A stretch of 64,000 nucleotides of DNA from a virus (lineage: Duplodnaviria; Caudoviricetes). This document shows positions 25,783-33,184 of the stretch, piece by piece. The notes under the pieces are model-generated. The model was not told where the DNA came from. It did not search any database and saw nothing but the letters and a program-made list of their open reading frames with translations. Position numbers and translations under genes: made by a program. Numbering within the stretch: the first letter of the stretch is position 1; each line of letters opens with the position of its first letter. The DNA lies in the IMG/VR virus record IMGVR_UViG_3300006092_000137, positions 3,951 to 67,950 of that record; one strand, given 5' to 3'.

Positions 25783-26741
25783 TGGCACGGCGAGTACCCC
25801 CTGCCTTTCTTCGTGCGGTGGCTGGCCACCGGAAGCTCTTGGAAAAGACGCTCATTGGCGGAGCCACAGCCAAGATGAAGAAGCTCTACGACGAGGCCGA
25901 AGACACGGTGCTCGCGCGTATTCGTCGAAACATGAAGATGGGGAAAGGCGACACTTTCACCGTCCACCAGCAGCGCATTGTGTTGACCCAACTGCGCCAA
26001 GGGCAGGCGCTCGCAACACAGCGGCTTGCGGGAGACATGCAGCCGTTGAGCAAGAAGGCGCAGGAGGCCAGTTTGAAGGGCCTCGCGGAAGACGTCTCGC
26101 GCTTGCACAAGCACTTCACGGGTTCAGAAATCACGTTGCCTGTGGAAGAAGCGAGCGTCTTCGCTGGCGTCGTAAATCAGCGAGCATCAGCGATGATGCG
26201 CATGCACGAAGCGTCGATGACCAATTACGGGGTGAACATCGTCAGCAAGGTCGAGAAGAAGCTCGCCCTGTCGCTGCTTCAAGGCGACTCCCCGAGCGAC
26301 GTGTACCAAGACATTGCGAACACCATCGACGGTGAATGGTGGCAGGGCGAGCGCATCGTGCGCACCGAAATGGCCTACGCCTTCAATGCCACCCACGCAG
26401 ACGGCATCGAAGAGAGCTCGGCGGAGATCCCTGAACTGATGCAGCGCTGGGAAGAGCATTGCGACGACCTCGGGCAGCCCCTGGACGACCGCGTTGCCAC
26501 TGACAGCATCGCAATGCACGGGCAAGTCACCCAGGCTGGTGGCTCCTTCACCATGCCCTCGACGGCTCCCTTTGCAGGCTCCAGTGGGAAGACGACGGTG
26601 CAGGAGGGCTTGGTGGGGTTGAGCTGGGACTTCCCGCCGAATCGGCCCAACGATCGCGCAGTGCTCTCCCCATGGATGCGTGACTGGGGTGTGCCAGGGT
26701 GGGAGTGGCGCAGAGGTCAGCGGGTTTGGCTCGTTCGTTGA
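25779..26741 (+). CDS. head morphogenesis (Mu gpF/SPP1 gp7-like) protein
   Basis: ERIVRTEMAYAFN and PPNRPNDR motifs, after portal. Confidence 0.85.
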   Translation: MMARRVPPAFLRAVAGHRKLLEKTLIGGATAKMKKLYDEAEDTVLARIRRNMKMGKGDTFTVHQQRIVLTQLRQGQALATQRLAGDMQPLSKKAQEASLKGLAEDVSRLHKHFTGSEITLPVEEASVFAGVVNQRASAMMRMHEASMTNYGVNIVSKVEKKLALSLLQGDSPSDVYQDIANTIDGEWWQGERIVRTEMAYAFNATHADGIEESSAEIPELMQRWEEHCDDLGQPLDDRVATDSIAMHGQVTQAGGSFTMPSTAPFAGSSGKTTVQEGLVGLSWDFPPNRPNDRAVLSPWMRDWGVPGWEWRRGQRVWLVR

Positions 26742-26954
26742 GTCCAAAAAAGTGACGTGCACCCAGCAACAATATAAGCTACGCCGCGTCAACACTTTTT
26801 GTACCTGGAGCCGTTCATGAAGCGTCGCAGTAGCCGATATCTGTGTTGGGGCCTTGCCCCACCTGGTTGAATCTACTGCGTCGTCAATGGCCGTGCCTCT
26901 GGGGGATAGGAGGCAACGGTCGTGCTTACGTCAAACGCTTACCGATGGGTCTAC

Positions 26955-27131
26955 ATGGACCCGCGAGTCGCTCTGCAAAAACCCACCAAGTCTGAAGCGC
27001 CCGCTGCGCATGTGCTTGACGTCGAGCGCCTTGCTCGCACGTGCCTCAACTGCGGAGCACAAATGCAGGATCAGCGCTGTCGATTGGCCTGCACTTGCGG
27101 CTACTATGCGAGTTGCACGGACATCATTTAA
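26955..27131 (+). CDS. small zinc-ribbon protein
   Basis: CLNCG...CRLACTCGYYASC. Confidence 0.55.
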   Translation: MDPRVALQKPTKSEAPAAHVLDVERLARTCLNCGAQMQDQRCRLACTCGYYASCTDII

Positions 27132-27173
27132 GAGGTGTGCTACACCGCGAGCACTTTCTGACAGGAGCGCCAC

Positions 27174-28088
27174 ATGCCGATGATGGAGAAGTCGAAGCTT
27201 CACGCGTTCGCAGTGAAAGCCGCGAAACCCCCCAACGGTGCAGTGATGTTGGCGCAAAAGCGGAATGCTTCGAAGGCTCCTCCCCCGATGGCTGGTAAAC
27301 CCGCTGCTCCCGCAGCGGCAGCCCCCGGGGACGAAATGGAAGAAGAGAGCGTCAACCTCTTCGACCTGGTGGAGGAAGCCGCGCAAAAAGCGGAATCGGG
27401 CGAGGACGTTGACCTCGAAGATGTCGTGGCGGAAACGCAAAGCGCGGGGCCTGACGACGTTCCCGAATGGGTCGAAGACCCGGCGAAGTGGGCAGAAGCT
27501 GCTGAGGCAGTTGGTCTTGGCGTGCCCGGCACCGAAGACAAGTACGATGAGCCCATTGTCGTCACGGCCTACCTGTACAAGATGATCGGTGGTCCGGTGA
27601 AAGGGCTTGAGCTCCCTGACGTTCCAGTGAAACCCGAGGACGAAGAGGGCGAGTCAGACATGTCGAAGCCGGGCGCTGCGGCCAAGGCCATTCAGGCCCG
27701 CGCGGCTTCTAAAGGGGCTCCTCCCGCTGCAGGAGCTGCATCCAAAGCACCCCCAGCGGGCGCCAAGGCCCCTCCCGCCGCGCCTGGTAAAGCGCCCCCG
27801 GCAGCTACTGGGAAAGCTCCCGGACCGGCTGCTGGTGCCGAGGGTGGCGACGAGCTCAAGCAAATGCTCGACGAAGCTGCCGAGCAAGCTGCTTCAACCC
27901 CTGACCCGGAAGTTGTCGAGAAGCTGCAGCTCGAACCGCCGCAAGAGGGTACTCCCCCGAGTTGGGCGGTGGATCAGGACAAGTGGGCGAAGGCTGAAGA
28001 GGCTGTGAAAATGCACTGGGACGAGTACCCGGAGCCGTTCATGGTGGTCGCTCACGTGTACAAGAACATGGGCGGCGCGATTCAGTAA
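27174..28088 (+). CDS. acidic Ala/Pro-rich protein with duplicated PxW..KW..YK..GG module
   Basis: AGGAG RBS; two internal repeats separated by an AAP-rich linker. Confidence 0.8.
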   Translation: MPMMEKSKLHAFAVKAAKPPNGAVMLAQKRNASKAPPPMAGKPAAPAAAAPGDEMEEESVNLFDLVEEAAQKAESGEDVDLEDVVAETQSAGPDDVPEWVEDPAKWAEAAEAVGLGVPGTEDKYDEPIVVTAYLYKMIGGPVKGLELPDVPVKPEDEEGESDMSKPGAAAKAIQARAASKGAPPAAGAASKAPPAGAKAPPAAPGKAPPAATGKAPGPAAGAEGGDELKQMLDEAAEQAASTPDPEVVEKLQLEPPQEGTPPSWAVDQDKWAKAEEAVKMHWDEYPEPFMVVAHVYKNMGGAIQ

Positions 28089-28124
28089 AAAACCTGTAGG
28101 TTTTCCACACCTTAAAAGCGCTTC

Positions 28125-28150
28125 GGAAAATGCCTTGGAAAAAGGGCAAG
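28125..28150 (+). promoter_or_regulatory. GGAAA-N14-GGGCAAG motif 9
   Basis: 10 nt before ATG 28161. Confidence 0.7.
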
Positions 28151-28160
28151 AGAACAAGAA

Positions 28161-28718
28161 ATGGCGAGCGGAGCTGAAATCGATAAATTGAAGCAAAAGC
28201 TTGCACAAGCCCGTGCAAAGGACCCGTATGGGTCAGAGCAGAGAAAGCTTTTCAATAGACTTGCGCGGTATGAAGCGAAGCGCACTGTTGAACGGAATGC
28301 CTATTACAATTCTGGTTTTAAAGAGACCCCCAAAGCTGCTTATTCAGGTTTCGACGAAACGGCTCTTCGACAGAAATTTCGAGATGAAGTTGAACCTGAA
28401 CTCAAAGTTTCTCATGCGCAACATGAAGCAGAGAAGCTTCGAGCAGCCGGAGATAAAGTTGGAGCATTCAAGCATGAGATGAAGGCAACGTCGGCCTTCA
28501 ACAAAGCAGCGCTTGACAAGTTGGTTAAGTTGAAGGCTGAAGGAAAGCTCTCGAAAGAGGCCGTTGAGAAATTGAAGACTGCCAAAGAGAAAATGGACTC
28601 GATCAATAAGCGGCTCGGCGGTGAAAACAAAGAGCAGTCTAAAAGTATCGAGACCGGTGCTCGTGGCGGACGCTATTACATGAGCGACAGCGGGCAAAAG
28701 GTCTACATCAAGGAGTAG
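28161..28718 (+). CDS. Lys/Glu-rich helical protein with C-terminal basic-adaptor-like module
   Basis: ends ETGARGGRYYMSDSGQKVYIKE. Confidence 0.8.
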   Translation: MASGAEIDKLKQKLAQARAKDPYGSEQRKLFNRLARYEAKRTVERNAYYNSGFKETPKAAYSGFDETALRQKFRDEVEPELKVSHAQHEAEKLRAAGDKVGAFKHEMKATSAFNKAALDKLVKLKAEGKLSKEAVEKLKTAKEKMDSINKRLGGENKEQSKSIETGARGGRYYMSDSGQKVYIKE

Positions 28719-28730
28719 AGGAGGCGAGTA

Positions 28731-29054
28731 ATGTCAGACGAAGAAGCCCGGAAATACCTGAGGGAGTACTTCTCACCGCAGGCCGTAGAGAAGCGGCAAA
28801 TGGAGGCGATGAAGAAGTATGCGAAGAACCGGAAGGCTCGCGCCGCCTACAAAGAAAAGAATGCCACCAAAGCGGTTGACCGACGAATCGCTCAGAAGGA
28901 AGCAACTTCCGAGAAGGTGCATGAACGAAACTCGACGGAGGCTGTCGATAAACGAATTGCTGAAAGGGCAGACGCTGCAAAGAACATCGAAACGGGCGCA
29001 CGCGGCGGTCGGTATTACTTGAGCGACAACGGTCAGAAGGTCTACGTCAAATAG
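28731..29054 (+). CDS. Lys/Glu-rich helical protein with C-terminal basic-adaptor-like module
   Basis: ends ETGARGGRYYLSDNGQKVYVK; internal repeat AVDRRIAQK/AVDKRIAER. Confidence 0.8.
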   Translation: MSDEEARKYLREYFSPQAVEKRQMEAMKKYAKNRKARAAYKEKNATKAVDRRIAQKEATSEKVHERNSTEAVDKRIAERADAAKNIETGARGGRYYLSDNGQKVYVK

Positions 29055-29059
29055 GTGCA

Positions 29060-29686
29060 GTGATGGACGAGTCGCCAAAAGCTTCCTTCGCGAAGGACTT
29101 CCGCAAGTTGAAGGCACAGCTTGCGACGCTGCGTCAGCAACGCGCCCAGACGGTTGCCAAGTATGAGAGCTCGAAAGCGTCTCATGCATCGACGATGGCT
29201 GCATTTGCAAAAGCGGAGCAGGCCAACAAAGACCGATACGCTGAGAAGCTGAAAAGCATTCAGCAAAACCACGAAGCCAAACTGGCTGCTATTCGTGAAA
29301 AGCATGCAGCACGGCGGGCTGCCGATGGCGTAACTCCAGAGCGCGCAGCACAGATCATGGAGCAATTGAAGGCCAAGAAAGCCGCTGTAAAAAAACCGGC
29401 TGAGAAAGCCTCAGAAAAAAAGTCGTCTGGCGGGGATATCAAGAACGCAAGCTTTGCGGACTTGAAAGCGAAGTACGATGCTGAGGCGGCTGCGGGGGGT
29501 GCCTTGAAGGGCACTCCGGAGTTCAAAGAGGTCACGAAAGAGCTCAAACGTCGTGGTATCGCAACCATCACTGAGCTCTACAAACGTGCCGAAGAAGAGA
29601 AGGAAGGGCGTGGGGCTGAGCAGACAGGACCGCGCGGAGGTCGCTACTATCTGAGTGCGTCAGGTCAAAAGGTCTATGTGAAGTAA
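29060..29686 (+). CDS. Lys/Ala-rich helical protein with C-terminal basic-adaptor-like module
   Basis: ends QTGPRGGRYYLSASGQKVYVK. Confidence 0.8.
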   Translation: MMDESPKASFAKDFRKLKAQLATLRQQRAQTVAKYESSKASHASTMAAFAKAEQANKDRYAEKLKSIQQNHEAKLAAIREKHAARRAADGVTPERAAQIMEQLKAKKAAVKKPAEKASEKKSSGGDIKNASFADLKAKYDAEAAAGGALKGTPEFKEVTKELKRRGIATITELYKRAEEEKEGRGAEQTGPRGGRYYLSASGQKVYVK

Positions 29687-29716
29687 ACACCTCGCACCAC
29701 AACGGAGCACCCCCAA

Positions 29717-30094
29717 GTGGTTAAGAAAAAAACGAAGTCAAGCCGGACGGCAAAAGCGAAATCGTCTACGCTTCTGCAACGGGTCACAGCGCTGGAAAAA
29801 GACTTTGCCTCCCTGCGGAGCAATATGACGAACCTCAGTGAAGAGGTCTCGACGTTGAGCGCAACCATCAAGCACGTAGACGAGCGAACCCAGCGAGGGG
29901 AAAAGCTGTTGATGGATATGCAGATCTCCCAGCGTCGCACCTCACGGGTGGTGGACCGCATTGCGGTCTTCTTGAAGGTAGGCCCGGGGTCCGAAGCGGA
30001 AGCACAGCAGTTCGCTGACTTGCGCTCGAAGCACGAAGTCACCGACACTGAGCTTGCAGAGGAAAACAAGCTCCTGGAAGAAATTGATTCTTGA
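29717..30094 (+). CDS. coiled-coil protein
   Basis: heptad LLQRVTALEKDFASLRSNMTNL. Confidence 0.6.
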   Translation: MVKKKTKSSRTAKAKSSTLLQRVTALEKDFASLRSNMTNLSEEVSTLSATIKHVDERTQRGEKLLMDMQISQRRTSRVVDRIAVFLKVGPGSEAEAQQFADLRSKHEVTDTELAEENKLLEEIDS

Positions 30095-30611
30095 ACTGAT
30101 ACTCGCAGCTGCTGCCCGTGCTGCTCCACCAGCAGCGGCTCCCCCGTCTGACCCGCTTACTCCCCTTTATGCGCTCGTCGGTGCGCAAGTGGTCATCAGC
30201 CTCATTGGGACGGGTGTCATTTTTGTGCGTTGGCTGGCGAGCCGCGCGGTCGCAAATGAAGACAAAGAAAAGCAGGAGCTGAAAGCAAGAATTGACAAGA
30301 TGGAGCAGCGCTTTGAGGAGCGCCTTGAAGAGCAAGACAACGCCAACAACGCGCTCGAAAAATCAGTTAACTCGCTTCAGAGTGACGTGAAGCAGGTGCT
30401 CAGTACCACGGGGAGTATGCACGGGGGTATCACAGAGCTCCGCCTGAACTTTGAGAAGCACATCGACAAGCAGGCCGCGCATTACCGCGACGAAGTGAAG
30501 ACGTTCATTATCAGCATGGAGAAGAAGGTAGAGGAGTCAGAAATTCGCCTTCGGCAGGACATGACGCGCGCTATTGCTGATCACCTGCGAGCGAAGCGGA
30601 AGAACATTTAA
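30054..30611 (+). CDS. single-TM coiled-coil protein
   Basis: TM YALVGAQVVISLIGTGVIFV then coiled coil; true start probably a downstream TTG. Confidence 0.65.
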   Translation: MQRKTSSWKKLILELILAAAARAAPPAAAPPSDPLTPLYALVGAQVVISLIGTGVIFVRWLASRAVANEDKEKQELKARIDKMEQRFEERLEEQDNANNALEKSVNSLQSDVKQVLSTTGSMHGGITELRLNFEKHIDKQAAHYRDEVKTFIISMEKKVEESEIRLRQDMTRAIADHLRAKRKNI

Positions 30612-30964
30612 AGCCAAGCAACTGCGAGACGAATGTCTGCGATGCTTGGTGGCTTTGCGACCACCATGTGCACAAGGCCGTCACGCACGGCGCGGGTTAC
30701 AGCTTCTTCTTTTGGCGCGGCGGTAATCAGCACACGGCGAACGTCTGGTCTACGCTCACGAAAGACTTCCAAGACCTCGATGCCATCCATGCGCGGCATC
30801 ATGTAGTCGGCGAGCACTGCTTTCAGGTCTTCGTTTTGAACGTGTTTGGTGATGGCCTCAAGTGAGTTGGTTTCGACAACAGCTCGCTGCTTACAAAACT
30901 CCGCCATGTCAGCCACCAACCGGGCTACGGACTCATCGTCGTCGAGGCACAAAACGAAGGTCAT
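30608..30964 (-). CDS. stand-alone response regulator receiver (CheY-like)
   Basis: LCLDDD, phospho-acceptor LADYMMPRMDG, ITA, AKP. Confidence 0.92.
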   Translation of the reverse strand: MTFVLCLDDDESVARLVADMAEFCKQRAVVETNSLEAITKHVQNEDLKAVLADYMMPRMDGIEVLEVFRERRPDVRRVLITAAPKEEAVTRAVRDGLVHMVVAKPPSIADIRLAVAWL

Positions 30965-30975
30965 GGAGGCGACTC

Positions 30976-31004
30976 TTGCACGCCAGGCCAGTCGCCTCTA
31001 GTAT
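30976..31004 (+). promoter_or_regulatory. sigma70-like promoter, possibly leaderless
   Basis: TTGCAC (30976-81) N17 TAGTAT (30999-31004); GTG is the 7th base after the hexamer. Confidence 0.55.
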
Positions 31005-31010
31005 GAAGGG

Positions 31011-31364
31011 GTGACCATCAAGCTCTTCGACACCCTGGCGCAGAAAGAGTACCAGCAGGAGCTGGAAACTTACGATGCGCGAATCACGGCTGCGCAGCAG
31101 GCCGGGGGTATGTGGCCGATGGACCTCCAGTACCCACGCCCGCCCGAGCCGATGATTAACAGCCGCGACCCCGGGCTCGACCCGAGCTCACGCAACCCCG
31201 GAGCGTTGAGCTACCCCACGCCTGCGTTGGTTGGTTCGGACCCTCGTCCGATGGATCCCGTGGACCTCGACGGCACTTCGCAGTCGAACGTGAAAGGTTT
31301 CGACTCGCGGTGGAGCACGGATCACGACGCCGACTTTTCGCCGTTCAAAACCACGAAGGGATAG
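31011..31364 (+). CDS. Pro-rich disordered protein ending SPF
   Basis: high GC3; ends DFSPFKTTKG. Confidence 0.65.
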   Translation: MTIKLFDTLAQKEYQQELETYDARITAAQQAGGMWPMDLQYPRPPEPMINSRDPGLDPSSRNPGALSYPTPALVGSDPRPMDPVDLDGTSQSNVKGFDSRWSTDHDADFSPFKTTKG

Positions 31365-31370
31365 CCACCA

Positions 31371-31601
31371 ATGTTCAAGGGACCTGTTGGACCTCAAAGC
31401 GGGCAGACCCCGCGCACCATCGCCGAGAAGAAGGGCACCGACCCTGCTGGCTTCGTGGAAGGCCCTGCTTATGACGTGAAGGGCGGGCACCCCATCACCA
31501 AGCAGATGCCGGAACAGACGTACAAGGCTCAGACGATGAAGGCCCCGGTCGGCGGAACGCCGATGGAAATCCCGGCTCCATTCGCTGTCGGTTCGAAGTA
31601 A
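31371..31601 (+). CDS. small Pro/Gly-rich protein ending PAPF
   Basis: ends IPAPFAVGSK. Confidence 0.7.
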   Translation: MFKGPVGPQSGQTPRTIAEKKGTDPAGFVEGPAYDVKGGHPITKQMPEQTYKAQTMKAPVGGTPMEIPAPFAVGSK

Positions 31602-31647
31602 GGTAAGCAGCACCCGCGCAGTAAACAGTTTTCGCAGGGAGAGGAAA

Positions 31648-31833
31648 ATGCCCGATCAGCCGCTGTACCAAGAGTTCGGCAAGCCGATGGCCGATGGAAC
31701 GAAGACCTCGGACGAGATCTTCGACGCCAAATACGGGAAGTACAAAGAGACGGGCGTGTGGAACAAGGACGGCTCGAAGGAGAACCCCTCGTCCGCCATG
31801 AACCCGCAGCCGTTCGGCAGCATGAAGAAGTAA
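31648..31833 (+). CDS. small protein ending PQPF
   Basis: GAGG RBS; ends NPQPFGSMKK. Confidence 0.7.
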   Translation: MPDQPLYQEFGKPMADGTKTSDEIFDAKYGKYKETGVWNKDGSKENPSSAMNPQPFGSMKK

Positions 31834-31885
31834 GCCCTCACCAACCTCACCCTCGCCGTGCTGTACCCAAAGGAGTTGATGCACC

Positions 31886-32083
31886 ATGGAAAATCTGGAC
31901 TCGGTTTTGAAAAGTGCCGTGGAGAGCGGCGACGTGATGAAGAAGGTCGATGCCGCGCACGGGCAGTACAAAGACAAGGTCGCGGACAACACCAACACCA
32001 TGTCGAAGCTCCCTCAAGCCTCGCTGCCCCAGGCACCTGACCCGTCTCCCTTCACGCTGGGCCCTATCGGCGGCGGTAAGTAA
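31886..32083 (+). CDS. small protein ending PSPF
   Basis: AGGAG RBS; ends DPSPFTLGPIGGGK. Confidence 0.7.
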   Translation: MENLDSVLKSAVESGDVMKKVDAAHGQYKDKVADNTNTMSKLPQASLPQAPDPSPFTLGPIGGGK

Positions 32084-32100
32084 ACCAAAAGCGCTGTTCC

Positions 32101-32149
32101 CTGCTCCCGCGCGGTGTATCCCCCTCCGCCCGCGCGGGAGCAGATTTTT
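32101..32149 (+). terminator. intrinsic terminator
   Basis: 14-bp perfect stem CTGCTCCCGCGCGG/CCGCGCGGGAGCAG followed by ATTTTT. Confidence 0.75.
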
Positions 32150-32165
32150 CCCCCGAGAAAAAGCG

Positions 32166-32546
32166 ATGGCCGACAGCTTCAAATTGAATGGCAGCTACGA
32201 GGTGACTCCGCAGAGCTCACCTTTGAGTTTTGCGCCCACGGTCGTCGCAGACATCAACGAGGTGAAGAGCATCAAGGCCAAGCAGGTCTGTGAAATTGAG
32301 CTCTCCGCCGACTCTCCGGTTGCGGTTCCTTTCGGTGGTGTCGTCAACGCGCACATCGTCATTTTGAAGTCCATCGGCGGAAAGGTGCGGGCGCGTTGCA
32401 CGTCAACGGATGGATCCGCCCAAGCGATTCCATTTGACACCTACTGGATCTTGATGAGCGAATCGGTGCCGCTCACGAGTATCGACTTGACCCGTGTCAC
32501 CGGCACACTTACAACCGTGCGCGTTTTCCTCGCGGAGAAGGCGTAA
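32166..32546 (+). CDS. putative virion (head-associated) protein
   Basis: beta-rich composition; in head module. Confidence 0.55.
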   Translation: MADSFKLNGSYEVTPQSSPLSFAPTVVADINEVKSIKAKQVCEIELSADSPVAVPFGGVVNAHIVILKSIGGKVRARCTSTDGSAQAIPFDTYWILMSESVPLTSIDLTRVTGTLTTVRVFLAEKA

Positions 32547-32573
32547 CACCCCCTGTAACCCAAGGAGCAAACC

Positions 32574-33017
32574 ATGACGACCAGCGTTGTGCAGACCCTG
32601 AAGGAAGTTTTGACCAAGGCCGACCCTGATCAGATCGCCGATGCGCTCCGCAAGGTGGATCTGGGCAACCTCCTCCAGGTGAAGGAGCACGACACCGGCA
32701 CCATCACCGCTGCGGCAGCCGTCGCTGTTCCCGGCGATGCTCTCGCGGTGCTCTCGGCGCACGTCATCACCTCGGGCACGGCGGCTTCCGTGGGCCACTA
32801 CATGGTGGGCAACAGCGCCTCGACCCCGCTGCTTCCGCCCGGTGGTGCGAACACCGCCATCGGCATCGCTTCGTGCCAGGGCATCACTGCCCCTGGTGCA
32901 GGCCTCACTGGTTCGGGTCGCATCACCACGGTGACGTTCCCCAACACGGTGACCCGTGTGGTGTTCCGCTACATCTCGGCACCTTCGACCGCGCTGACCG
33001 CCAAGTTCGCGACCTAA
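32574..33017 (+). CDS. putative head decoration/auxiliary capsid protein
   Basis: AGGAG RBS, strong codon bias, Ala/Thr/Gly-rich, before scaffold. Confidence 0.55.
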   Translation: MTTSVVQTLKEVLTKADPDQIADALRKVDLGNLLQVKEHDTGTITAAAAVAVPGDALAVLSAHVITSGTAASVGHYMVGNSASTPLLPPGGANTAIGIASCQGITAPGAGLTGSGRITTVTFPNTVTRVVFRYISAPSTALTAKFAT

Positions 33018-33184
33018 TCCCTCGAGGGGCTGGACGCGCAACGCACGGCCTTGGCCCCTTTTGGAGATGGAAGTGAAAGGGGAGACCGGAAACGGCTCCC
33101 CTAAGCTGTACCACCCGTACCAGCAATCGATCGCTGGGAATTGCAAGGCTGACCTTCGGCACCTCACCACGCAGACGACAGGCG

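Noticed and set aside
28640-29686. Three repeated segments as a CRISPR array
   Set aside because: Repeats are in-frame coding ends with synonymous changes and 300-600 bp unequal spacing; no cas genes.
30054-30611. Holin call for the TM-coiled-coil protein
   Set aside because: 30 kb from the endolysin, and a better candidate sits in the lysis cassette; left as unknown.
33060-33110. c-di-GMP-I (GEMM) riboswitch suggested by the GAAA-capped hairpin
   Set aside because: Lacks the GGCAAA and GACGCAAAGC conserved segments as I recall them.
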